This document shows, one piece after another, positions 25,200 through 39,300 of a DNA stretch of 64,000 nt; positions within the stretch are counted from its first letter, which is position 1, and every line of letters begins with the position of its first letter. A model generated the notes under the pieces. It did not search any database. It was given only the letters and a program-made list of their open reading frames with translations, and was not told the DNA's origin. Source of the stretch: Eledone cirrhosa (taxonomy: Eukaryota); contig OZ024749.1 in NCBI GenBank assembly GCA_964016885.1, positions 20,522,001 through 20,586,000 of the forward strand. Direction: 5' to 3'. Made by a program: the position numbers and the translations under genes.

Positions 25200-28100
25200 T
25201 ATACCATACTGTGGTACCTACTGACAGCTAGGTGGACTGAGATGTTGACATAGTACAGTGGGCTATACCATACTGTGGTACCTACTTACAGCTAGGTGGA
25301 CTGTGACTGTTGACAGTACAGTGGACTATACCATACTGTGGTGCCTACTTACAGCTAGGTGGACTGTGACTGTTGACATAGTAGAGTGGACTATACCATA
25401 CTGTGGTACCTACTTACAGCTAGGTGGACTGTGACTGTTGACAGTACAGTGGACTATACCATACTGTGGTACCTACTTACAGCTAGGTGGACTGTGACTG
25501 TTGACAGTAGAGTGGACAATACCATACTGTGGTACCTACTTACAGCTAGGTGGACTGTGACTGTTGACAGTACAGTGGACTATACCATACTGTGGTACCT
25601 ACTTACAGCTAGGTGGACTGTGACCTTTGACAGTACAGTGGACTATACCATACTGTGGTGCCTACTTACAGCTAGGTGGACTGTGACTGTTGACAGTACA
25701 GTGGACTATACCATACTGTGGTGCCTACTTACAGCTAGGTGGACTATGACTGTTGACATAGTACAGTGGACTATACCATACTGTGGTACCTACTTACAGC
25801 TAGGTGGACTGTGACGGTTGACAGTACAGTGGACTATACCAGACTGTGGTACCTACTTACAGCTAGGTGGACTGTGACTGTTGGCACAGTACAGTGGACT
25901 ATACCATACTGTGGTGCCTACTTACAGCTAGGTGGACTGTGACTGTTGACAGTACAGTGGACTATACCATACTGTGGTACCTACTTACAGGTAGGTGGAC
26001 TGTGACTGTTGACATAGTACAGTGGACTATACCATACTGTGGTACCTACTTACAGCTAGGTGGACTGTGACTGTTGGCACAGTACAGTGGAATATATCAT
26101 ACAGTGGTACCTACTTACAGCTAGGTGGACTGTGACTGTTGACATTACAGTGGACTATACCACACTGTGGTACCTACTTAAAGCTAGGTGGACTGCGACT
26201 GTTGGCACAGTACAGTGGACTATACCATACTGTGGTACCTACTTACAGCTTGGTGGACTGCGACTGTTGGCACAGTACAGTGGACTATACCAGACTGTGG
26301 TACCTACTTACAGCCTGGTGGACTGTGACTGTTGACACCGTACAGTGGACTATACCATACTGTGGTACCTACTTACAGCTAGGTGGACTGTGACTGTTGA
26401 CAGTACAGTGGACTATACCATACTGTGGTACCTACTTACAGCTAGGTGGACTGTGACTGTTGGCACTGTACAGTGGACTATACCTTACTGTGGTACCTAC
26501 TTACAGCTAGGGGGACTGTGACTGTTGACAGTACAGTGGACTATACCATACTGTGGTGCCTACTGACAGCTAGGTGGACTGAGATGTTGACATAGTACAG
26601 TGGACTATACCATACTGTGGTACCTACTTACAGCTAGGTGGACTGTGACTGTTGACAGTACAGTGGGCTATACCATACTGTGGTACCTACTTACAGCTAG
26701 GTGGACAGTGACTGTTGACAGTACAGTGGACTATACCATACTGTGGTACCTACTTACAGCTAGGTGGACTGTGACTGTTGACAGTACAGTGGACTATACC
26801 ATACTGTGGTACCTACTTACAGCTAGGTGGACTGTGACTGTTGACATAGTACAGTGGACTATAATACACTGTGGTCCCTACTTACAGCTAGGTGGACTGT
26901 GACTGTTGACACAGTACACTGGACTATACCAGACTGTGGTGCCTACTTACAGCTAGGTGGACTGTGACTGTTGACAGTACAGTGGACTGTGACTTTTGAC
27001 AGTACAGTGTACTATACCAGACTGTGGTACCTACTTACAGCTAGGTGGACTGAGCTGTTGCCATAGTACAGTGGACTATACCATACTGTGGTACCTACTT
27101 ACAGCTAGGTGGACTGAGCTGTTAGCACAGTACAGTGGACTATACCATACTGTGGTACCTACTTACAGCTAGGTGGACTGAGCTGTTGACATAGTACAGT
27201 GGACTATACCATACTGTGGTACCTACTTACAGCTAGGTGGACTGAGCTGTTGGCACAGTACAGTGGACTATACCATACTGTGGTACCTACTGACAGCTAG
27301 GTGGACTGAGATGTTGACATAGTACAGTGGGCTATACCATACTGTGGTACCTACTTACAGCTAGGTGGACTGTGACTGTTGACAGTACAGTGGACTATAC
27401 CATACTGTGGTGCCTACTTACAGCTAGGTGGACTGTGACTGTTGACATAGTAGAGTGGACTATACCATACTGTGGTACCTACTTACAGCTAGGTGGACTG
27501 TGACTGTTGACAGTACAGTGGACTATACCATACTATGGTACCTACTTACAGCTAGGTGGACTGTGACTGTTGACAGTACAGTGGACAATACCATACTGTG
27601 GTACCTACTTACAGCTAGGTGGACTGTGACTGTTGACAGTACAGTGGACTATACCATACTGTGGTACCTACTTACAGCTAGGTGGACTGTGACTGTTGAC
27701 AGTACAGTGGACTATACCATACTGTGGTACCTACTTACAGCTAGGTGGACTGTGACTGTTGACATAGTACAGTGGACTATACCATACTGTGGTGCCTACT
27801 TACAGCTAGGTGGACTGTGACTGTTGACAGTACAGTGGACTATACCATACTGTGGTGCCTACTTACAGCTAGGTGGACTATGACTGTTGACATAGTACAG
27901 TGGACTATACCATACTGTGGTACCTACTTACAGCTAGGTGGACTGTGACTGTTGACAGTACAGTGGACTATACCAGACTGTGGTACCTACTTACAGCTAG
28001 ATGGACTGTGACTGTTGGCACAGTACAGTGGACTATACCATACTGTGGTGCCTACTTACAGCTAGGTGGACTGTGACTGTTGACAGTACAGTGGACTATA

Positions 28101-28700
28101 CCATACTGTGGTACCTACTTACAGGTAGGTGGACTGTGACTGTTGACATAGTACAGTGGACTATACCATACTGTGGTACCTACTTACAGCTAGGTGGACT
28201 GTGACTGTTGGCACAGTACAGTGGAATATATCATACAGTGGTACCTACTTACAGCTAGGTGGACTGTGACTGTTGACATTACAGTTGACTATACCACACT
28301 GTGGTACCTACTTAAAGCTAGGTGGACTGCGACTGTTGGCACAGTACAGTGGACTATACCAGACTGTGGTACCTACTTACAGCTAGGTGGACTGTGACTG
28401 TTGACACCGTACAGTGGACTATACCATACTGTGGTACCTACTTACAGCTAGGTGGACTGTGACTGTTGACAGTACAGTGGACTATACCATACTGTGGTAC
28501 CTACTTACAGCTAGGTGGACTGTGACTGTTGGCACTGTACAGTGGACTATACCATACTGTGGTACCTACTTACAGCTAGGGGGACTGTGACTGTTGACAG
28601 TACAGTGGACTATACCATACTGTGGTGCCTACTGACAGCTAGGTGGACTGAGATGTTGACATAGTACAGTGGACTATACCAACTGTGGTACCTACTTACA
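25200..28700. repeat. Imperfect ~2.0-2.1-kb higher-order duplication
   Basis: ORF twins are 25386/27455 (2069), 25867/28001 and 26060/28194 (2134). Shared variants include GGACAATACC, ACAGGTAGG, CTTAAAGC, GGCACTGTAC and TAGGGGGAC. Confidence 0.8.
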
Positions 28701-28899
28701 GCTAGGTGGACTGTGACTGTTGACAGTACAGTGGACTATACCATACTGTGGTACCTACTTACAGCTAGGTGGACTGTGACTGTTGACAGTACAGTGGACT
28801 ATACCATACTGTGGTACCTACTTACAGCTAGGTGGACTGTGACTGTTGACACAGTACAGTGGACTATACCATACTGTGGTACCTACTTACAGCTAGGTG

Positions 28900-30090
28900 G
28901 ACTGTGACTGTTGACAGTACAGTGGACTATACCATACTGTGGTGCCTACTTACACGAGGTGGACTGTGACTGTTGACAGTACAGTGGACTATACCATACT
29001 GTAGTACCTACTTACAGCTAGGTGGACCGTGACTGTTGACAGTACAGTGGACTATACCATACTGTGGTACCTACTGACAGCTAGGTGGACTGAGATGTTG
29101 ACATAGTACAGTGGACTATACCATACTGTGGTACCTACTTACAGCTAGGTGGAATGTGACTGTTGACAGTACAGTGGACTATACCATACTGTGGTACCTA
29201 CTTACAGCTAGGTGGACAGTGACTGTTGACAGTACAGTGGACTATACCATACTGTGGTACCTACTTACAGCTAGGTGGACTGTGACTGTTGACAGTACAG
29301 TGGACTATACCATACTGTGGTACCTACTTACAGCTAGGTGGACTGTGACTGTTGACACAGTACAGTGGAATATACCATACTGTGGTGCCTACTTACAGCT
29401 AGGTGGACTGTGAGTGTTGAGAGTACAGTGGACTATACCATACTGTGGTGCCTACTTACAGCTAGGTGGACTGTGACTGTTGACATAGTACAGTGGACTA
29501 TACCATACTGTGGTACCTACTTACAGCTAGGTGGACTGTGACTGTTGACATAGTACAGTGGACTATACCATACTGTGGTACCTACTTACAGCTAGGTGGA
29601 CTGTGACTGTTGACAGTACAGTGGACTATACCATACTGTGGTACCTACTTACAGCTAGGTGGACTGTGACTGTTGACATAGTACAGTGGACTATACCATA
29701 CTGTGGTAACTACTTACAGCTAGGTGGACTGAGCTGTTGACATAGTACAGTGGACTATACCATACTGTGGTACCTACTTAGAGCTAGGTGGACTGTGACT
29801 GTTGACAGTACAGTGGACTATACCATACTGTGGTACCTACTTACAGCTAGGTGGACTGTGACTGTTGACATAGTACAGTGGACTATACCAACTGTGGTAC
29901 CTACTTACAGCTAGCTGGACTGAGCTGTTGACATAGTACAGTGGACTATACCATACTGTGGTACCTACTTACAACTAGCTGGACTGTGACTGTTGACAGT
30001 ACAATGGACTATACCATACTCTGGTACCTACTTACAGCTAGGTGGACTGTGACTGTTGACATAGTACGGTGGACTATACCAACTGTGGTA
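28900..30090. repeat. Third, displaced copy of the block seen at ~420-1740 and ~3870-5190
   Basis: It has the same ordered variants: TACACGAGG at 28951, CTGTAGTACC, GGACCGTG, GAGTGTTGAGAG, GGTAAC, TTAGAG, ACAACTAGCT and ACTCTGG. ORF twins 748/29111 and 1195/29558 are both offset by 28363. Confidence 0.88.
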
Positions 30091-30399
30091 CCTACTTACA
30101 GGTAGGTGGACTGTGACTGTTGACATAGTACAGTGGACTATACCATACTGTGGTACCTACTTACAGCTAGGTGGACTGTGACTGTTGGCACAGTACAGTG
30201 GAATATATCATACAGTGGTACCTACTTACAGCTAGGTGGACTGTGACTGTTGACATTACAGTTGACTATACCACACTGTGGTACCTACTTAAAGCTAGGT
30301 GGACTGCGACTGTTGGCACAGTACAGTGGACTATACCAGACTGTGGTACCTACTTACAGCTAGGTGGACTGTGACTGTTGACATAGTAGAGTGGACTAT

Positions 30400-33300
30400 A
30401 CCATACTGTGGTACCTACTTACAGCTAGGTAGACTGTGACTGTTGACAGTACAGTGGACTATACCATACTGTGGTACCTACTTACAGCTAAGTGGACTGT
30501 GACTGTTGGCACAGTACAGTGGATTATACCATACTGTGGTACCTACTTACAGCTAGCTGGACTGTGACTGTTGACAGTACAGTGGACTATACCATACTGT
30601 GGTACCTACTTACGGCTAGGTGGACTGTGACTGTTGACAGTACAGTGGACTATACCATACTGTGGTACCTACTTACAGCTAGGTGGACTGTGACTGTTGA
30701 CAGTACAGTGGACTATACCATACTGTGGTACCTACTTACAGCTAGGTGGACTGTGACTGTTGACATAGTACAGTGGACTATACCATACTGTGGTGCCTAC
30801 TTACAGCTAGGTGGACTATGACTGTTGACATAGTACAGTGGACTATACCATACTGTGGTACCTACTTACAGCTAGGTGGACTGTGACTGTTGACAGTACA
30901 GTGGACTATACCATACTGTGGTACCTACTTACAACTAGGTGGACTGTGACTGTTAACATATTACAGTGGACTATACCATACTGTGGTACCTACTTACAGC
31001 TAGGTGCACTGTGACTGTTGACATAGTACAGTGGACTATACCAACTGTGGTACCTACTTACAGCTAGGTAGACTGAGCTGTTGAGATAGTACAGTGGACT
31101 ATACCATACTGTGGTACCTACTTACAGCTAGGTGGACTGTGACTGTTGACAGTACAGTGGACGATACCATACTGTGGTACCTACTTACAGCTAGGTGGAC
31201 TGTGACTGTTGACATAGTACAGTGGACTATACCAACTGTGGTACCGACTTACAGCTAGCTGGACTGAGCTGTTGACATAGTACAGTGGACTATACCATAC
31301 TGTGGTACCTACTTACAGCTAGGTGGACTGTGACTGTTGACAGTACAGTGGACTATACGAGACTGTGGTTCCTACTTACAACTAGGTGGACTGTGACTGT
31401 TGTAACAGTACAGTGGACTATACCATACTGTGGTGCCTACTTACAGCTAGGTGGACTGTGACTGTTGACAGTACAGTGGACTATACCATACTGTGGTACC
31501 TACTTACAGCTAGGTGGAGTGTGACTGTTGACATAGTACAGTGGACTATACCATACTGTGGTACCTTCTTACAGCTAGGTGGACTGTGACTGTTGACATA
31601 GTACAATGGACTATACCATACTGTGGTACCTACTTACAGCTAGGAGGACTGTGACTGTTGACAGTACAGTGGACTATACCATACTGTGGTACCTACTTAC
31701 AGCTAGGTGGACTGTGACTGTTGAGATTGTACAGTGGACTATACCATACTGTGGTACCTACTTACAGCTAGGTGGACTGAGCTGTTGACATAGTACAGTG
31801 GACTATACCATACTGTGGTACCTACTTACAGCTAGGTGGACTGTGACTGTTGACAGTCCAGTGGACTATACCATACTGTGGTACCTACTTACAGCTAGGT
31901 GGACTGTGACTGTTGACATAGTACAGTGGACTATACCATACTGCTGTACCTACTTACAGCTAGGTGGACTGTGACTGTTGACATAGTACAGTGGACTATA
32001 CCAACTGTGGTACCTACTTACAGCTAGGTAGACTGAGCTGTTGACATAGTACAGTGGACTATACCATACTGTGGTACCTACTTACAGCTAGGTGGACTGT
32101 GACTGTTGACAGTACAGTGGACTATACCATACTGTGGTACCTACTTACAGCTAGGTGGACTGTGACTGTTGACATAGTACAGTGGACTATACCAACTGTG
32201 GTACCTACTTACAGCTAGGTGGACTGAGCTGTTGACATAGTACAGTGGACTATACCATACTGTGGTACCTACTTACAGCTAGGTGGACTGTGACTGTTGA
32301 CAGTACAGTGGACTATACCATACTGTGGTACCTACTTACAGCTAGGTGGACTGTGACTGTTGACATAGTACAGTGGACTATACCATACTGTGGTACCTAC
32401 TTACAGCTAGGTGGACTATACCACACTGTGGTACCTACTTAGAGCTAGGTGGACTGTGACTGTTGACATAGTACAGTGGACTATACCATACTGTGGTGCC
32501 TACTTACAGCTAGGTGGACTGGGACTGTTGGCACAGTACAGAGGACTATACCATACTGTGGTACCTACTTACAGCTAGCTGGACTGAGCTGTTGACATAG
32601 TACAGTGGACTATACCATACTGTGGTACCTACTTACAGCTAGGTGAACTGTGACAGTTGACAGTACAGTGGACTATACCAGACTGTGGTCCCTACTTACA
32701 GCTAGGTGGACTGAGCTGTTGACAGTACAGTGGACTATACCATACTGTGGTAGCTACTTACAGCTAGGTGGACTGTGACTGTTGGCACAGTACAGTGGAC
32801 TATACCAGATTGTGGTACCTACTGACAGCTAGGTGGACTGAGATGTTGACATAGTACAGTGGACTATACCATACTGTGGTACCTACTTACAGCTAGGTGG
32901 ACTGTGACTGTTGACAGTACAGTGGACTATACCATACTGTGGTGCCTACTTACAGCTAGGTGGACTGTGACTGTTGACATAGTAGAGTGGACTATACCAT
33001 ACTGTGGTACCTACTTACAGCTAGGTGGACTGTGACTGTTGACAGTACAGTGGACTATACCATACTGTGGTACCTACTCACAGCTAGGTGGACTGTGACT
33101 GTTGACAATACAGTGGACTATACCATACTGTGGTACCTACTTACAGCTTGGTGGACTATACCACACTGTGGTACCTACTTACAGCTAGGTGGACTGTGAC
33201 TGTTGAAAGTACAGTGGACTATACCACACTGTGGTACCTACTTACAGCTAGGTAGACTGTGACTGTTGACAGTACAGTGGACTATACCATACTGTGGTAC

Positions 33301-36300
33301 CTACTTACAGCTAAGTGGACTGTGACTGCTGGCACAGTACAGTGGATTATACCATACTGTGGTACCTACTTACAGCTAGCTGGACTGTGACTGTTGACAG
33401 TACAGTGGACTATACCATACTGTGGTACCTACTTACAGCTAGGTGGACTGTGACTGTTGGCACAGTACAGTGGACTATACCATACTGTGGTACCTACTTA
33501 CAGCTAGGTGAACTGTGACTGTTGGCACAGTACAGTGGACTATACCATACTGTGGTACCTACTTACAGCTAGGTGGACTGTGACTGTTGGCACAGTACAG
33601 TGGAATATATCATATAGTGGTACCTACTTACAGCTAGGTGGACTGTGACTGTTGACACTACAGTGGACTATACCACACTGTGGTACCTACTTACAGCTAG
33701 ATGGACTGTGACTGTTGACAGTACAGTGGACTATACCAGACTGTGGTACCTACTTACAGCTAGGTGGACTGTGACTGTTGACATAGTACAGTGGACTATA
33801 CCATACTGTGGTGCCTACTTACAGCTAGGTGGACTGTGACTGTTGACAGTACAGTGGACTATACCATACTGTGGTGCCTACTTACAGCTAGGTGGACTAT
33901 GACTGTTGACATAGTACAGTGGACTATACCATACTGTGGTACCTACTTACAGCCATGTGGACAGTGACTGTTGACAGTACAGTGGACTATACCAGACTGT
34001 GGTACCTACTTACAGCTAGGTGGACTGTGACTGTTGGCACAGTACAGTGGACTATACCATACTGTGGTGCCTACTTACAGCTAGGTGGACTGTTACTGTT
34101 GACAGTACAGTGGACTATACCATACTGTGGTACCTACTTACAGGTAGGTGGACTGTGACTGTTGACAGTGCAGTGGACTATACCATACTGTGGTACCTAC
34201 TTACAGCTAGGTGGACTGTGACTGTTGACATAGTACAGTGGACTATACCATACTGTGGTAACTACTTACAGCTAGGTGGACTGAGCTGTTGACATAGTAC
34301 AGTGGACTATACCATACTGTGGTACCTACTTACAGCTAGGTGGACTGTGACTGTTGACAGTACAGTGGACTATACCATACTGTGGTACCTACTTACAGCT
34401 AGGTGGACTGTGACTGTTGACAGTACAGTGGACTATACCATACTGTGGTGCCTACTTACAGCTAGGTGGACTGTGACTGTTGACATAGTACAGTGGACTA
34501 TACCAAACTGTGGTACCTACTTACAGCTAGGTGGACTGTGACTGTTGACAGTACAGTGGACTATACCATACTGTGGTACCTACTTACAGCTAGGTGGACT
34601 GTGACTGTTGACATAGTACAGTGGACTATACCATACTGTGGTACCTACTTACAGCTAGGTGGAGTGTGACTGTTGACATAGTACAGTGGACTATACCATA
34701 CTGTGGTACCTACTTACAGCTAGGTGGAATGTGACTGTTGACATAGTACAGTGGACTATACCATACTGTGGTACCTACTTACAGCTAGGTGGACTGTGAC
34801 TGTTGACATAGTACAGTGGACTATACCAAACTGTGGTACCTACTTACAGCTAGGTGGACTGTGACTGTTGACAGTACAGTGGACTATACCATACTGTGGT
34901 ACCTACTTACAGCTAGGTGGACTGTGACTGTTGACATAGTACAGTGGACTATACCATACTGTGGTACCTACTTACAGCTAGGTGGACTGAGCTGTTGACA
35001 TATTACAGTGGACTATACCATACTGTGGTACCTACTTACAGCTAGGTGGACTGTGACTGTTGACAGTACAGTGGACTATACCATACTGTGGTACCTACTT
35101 ACAGCTAGGTGGACTGTGACTGTTGACATAGTACAGTGGACTATACCATACTGCTGTACCTACTTACAGCTAGGTGGACTGTGACTGTTGACATAGTACA
35201 GTGGACTATACCAACTGTGGTACCTACTTACAGCTAGGTAGACTGAGCTGTTGACATAGTACAGTGGACTATACCAACTGTGGTACCTACTTACAGCTAG
35301 CTGAACTGTGACTGTTGACAGTACAGTGGACTATACCATACTGTGGTACCTACTTACAGCTAGGTGGACTGTGACTGTTGACATAGTACAGTGGACTATA
35401 CCATACTGTGGTACCTACTTACAGCTAGGTGGACTGAGCTGTTGACATAGTACAGTGGACTATACCATACTGTGGTACCTACTTACAGCTAGGTGGACTG
35501 TGACTGTTGACAGTACAGTGGACTATACCATACTGTGGTACCTACTTACAGCTAGGTGGACTGTGACTGTTGACATAGTACAGTGGACTATACCAACTGT
35601 GGTACCTACTTACAGCTAGCTGGACTGAGCTGTTGACATAGTACAGTGGACTATACCATACTGTGGTACCTACTTACAGCTAGCTGGACTGTGACTGTTG
35701 ACAGTACAATGGACTATACCATACTGTGGTACCTACTTACAGCTAGGTGGACTGTGACTGTTGACATAGTACAGTGGACTATACCAACTGTGGTACCTAC
35801 TTACAGCTAGGTGGACTGAGCTGTTGACATAGTACAGTGGACTATACCATACTGTTCTACCTACTTACAGCTAGGTGGACTGTGACTGTTGACAGTACAG
35901 TGGACTATACCATACTGTGGTACCTACTTACAGCTAGGTGGACTGTGACTGTTGACAGTACAGTGGACTATACCATACTGTGGTACCTACTTACAGCTAG
36001 GTGGACTGTGACTGTTGACATAGTACAGTGGACTATACCATACTGTGGTACCTACTTACAGCTAGGTGGACTGTGACTGTTGACATAGTACAGTGGACTA
36101 TACCATACTGCTGTACCTACTTACAGCTAGGTGGACTGTGACTGTTGACATAGTACAGTGGAGTATACCAACTGTGGTACCTACTTACAGCTAGGTAGAC
36201 TGAGCTGTTGACATAGTACAGTGGACTATACCAACTGTGGTACCTACTTACAGCTAGCTGAACTGTGACTGTTGACAGTACAGTGGACTATACCATACAG

Positions 36301-39300
36301 TGGTACCTACTTACAGCTAGGTGGACTGTGACTGTTGACATAGTACAGTGGACTATACCATACTGTGGTACCTACTTACAGCTAGGTGGACTGAGCTGTT
36401 GACATAGTACAGTGGACTATACCATACTGTGGTGCCTACTTACAGCTAGGTGGACTGTGACTGTTGACATAGTAGAGTGGACTATACCATACTGTGGTAC
36501 CTACTTACAGCTAGGTGGACTGTGACTGTTGACATAGTACAGTGGACTATACCAACTGTGGTACCTACTTACAGCTAGGTGGACTGAGCTGTTGACATAG
36601 TACAGTGGACTATACCATACTGTTCTACCTACTTACAGCTAGGTGGACTGTGACTGTTGACAGTACAGTGGACTATACCATACTGTGGTACCTACTTACA
36701 GCTAGGTGGACTGTGACTGTTGACAGTACAGTGGACTATACCATACTGTGGTACCTACTTACAGCTAGGTGGACTGTGACTGTTGACATAGTACAGTGGA
36801 CTATACCATACTGTGGTACCTACTTACAGCTAGGTGGATTATACCACACTGTGGTACCTACTTAGAGCTAGGTGGACTGTGACTATTGACATAGTACAGT
36901 GGACTATACCATACTGTGGTGCCTACTTACAGCTAGGTGGACTGTGACTGTTGGCACAGTACAGTGGACTATACCATACTGTGGTACCTACTTACAGCTA
37001 GGTGGACTGTGACTCTTGACAGTACAGTGGACTATACCAGACTGTGGTCCCTACTTACAGCTAGGTGGACTGAGCTGTTGACATAGTACAGTGGACTATA
37101 CCATACTGTGGTACCTACTTACAGCTAGGTGGACTGTGACTGTTGACAGTTCAGTGGACTATACCATGCTGTGGTACCTACTTACAGCTAGGTGGACTGT
37201 GACTGTTGACATAGTACAGTGGACTATACCATACTGCTGTACCTACTTACAGCTAGGTGGACTGTGACTGTTGACATAGTACAGTGGACTATACCAACTG
37301 TGGTACCTACTTACAGCTAGGTAGACTGAGCTGTTGACATAGTACAGTGGACTATACCATACTGTGGTACCTACTTACAGCTAGGTGGACTGTGACTGTT
37401 GACAGTACAGTGGACTATACCATACTGTGGTACCTACTTACAGCTAGGTGGACTGTGACTGTTGACATAGTACAGTGGACTATACCAACTGTGGTACCTA
37501 CTTACAGCTAGGTGGACTGAGCTGTTGACATAGTACAGTGGACTATACCATACTGTGGTACCTACTTACAGCTAGGTGGACTGTGACTGTTGACAGTACA
37601 GTGGACTATACCATACTGTGGTACCTACTTACAGCTAGGTGGACTGTGACTGTTGACATAGTACAGTGGACTATACCATACTGTGGTACCTACTTACAGC
37701 TAGGTGGACTATACCACACTGTGGTACCTACTTAGAGCTAGGTGGACTGTGACTGTTGACATAGTACAGTGGACTATACCATACTGTGGTGCCTACTTAC
37801 AGCTAGGTGGACTGGGACTGTTGGCACAGTACAGAGGACTATACCATACTGTGGTACCTACTTACAGCTAGCTGGACTGAGCTGTTGACATAGTACAGTG
37901 GACTATACCATACTGTGGTACCTACTTACAGCTAGGTGGACTGAGCTGTTGACAGTACAGTGGACTATACCATACTGTGGTAGCTACTTACAGCTAGGTG
38001 GACTGTGACTGTTGGCACAGTACAGTGGACTATACCAGACTGTGGTACCTACTGACAGCTAGGTGGACTGAGATGTTGACATAGTACAGTGGACTATACC
38101 ATACTGTGGTACCTACTTACAGCTAGGTGGACTGTGACTGTTGACAATACAGTGGACTATACCATACTGTGGTGCCTACTTACAGCTAGGTGGACTGTGA
38201 CTGTTGACATAGTAGAGTGGACTATACCATACTGTGGTACCTACTTACAGCTAGGTGGACTGTGACTGTTGACAGTACAGTGGACTATACCATACTGTGG
38301 TACCTACTTACAGCTAGGTGGACTGTGACTGTTGACAATACAGTGGACTATACCATACTGTGGTACCTACTTACAGCTTGGTGGACTATACCACACTGTG
38401 GTACCTACTTACAGCTAGGTGGACTGTGACTGTTGAAAGTACAGTGGACTATACCACACTGTGGTACCTACTTACAGCTAGGTAGACTGTGACTGTTGAC
38501 AGTACAGTGGACTATACCATACTGTGGTACCTACTTACAGCTAAGTGGACTGTGACTGTTGGCACAGTACAGTGGATTATACCATACTGTGGTACCTACT
38601 TACAGCTAGCTGGACTGTGACTGTTGACAGTACAGTGGACTATACCATACTGTGGTACCTACTTACAGCTAGGTGGACTGTGACTGTTGGCACAGTACAG
38701 TGGACTATACCATACTGTGGTACCTACTTACAGCTAGGTGAACTGTGACTGTTGGCACAGTACAGTGGACTATACCATACTGTGGTACCTACTTACAGCT
38801 AAGTGGACTGTGACTGTTGGCACAGTACAGTGGAATATATCATATAGTGGTACCTACTTACAGCTAGGTGGACTGTGACTGTTGACACTACAGTGGACTA
38901 TACCACACTGTGGTACCTACTTACAGCTAGATGGACTGTGACTGTTGACAGTACAGTGGACTATACGATACTGTGGTACCTACTTACAGCTAGGTGGACT
39001 GTGACTGTTGACATAGTACAGTGGACTATACCATACTGTGGTGCCTACTTACAGCTAGGTGGACTGTGACTGTTGACAGTACAGTGGACTATACCATACT
39101 GTGGTGCCTACTTACAGCTAGGTGGACTATGACTGTTGACATATTACAGTGGACTATACCATACTGTGGTACCTACTTACAGCCATGTGGACAGTGACTG
39201 TTGACAGTACAGTGGACTATACCAGACTGTGGTACCTACTTACAGCTAGGTGGACTGTGACTGTTGGCACAGTACAGTGGACTATACCATACTGTGGTGC

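Larger units (their letters stand above)
7150..25600. repeat. Large higher-order repeat: ~7.55-kb unit (~7150-14700) followed by a second, internally expanded copy (~14700-25600)
   Basis: The offset is 7551 for GTGGATTGTG 7501/15052, TACTGAGGTACCTACTAAC 10531/18082 and ORF twins 9272/16823 and 10168/17719. It is 10886 for later twins 13328/24214 and 14500/25386. Confidence 0.88.
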
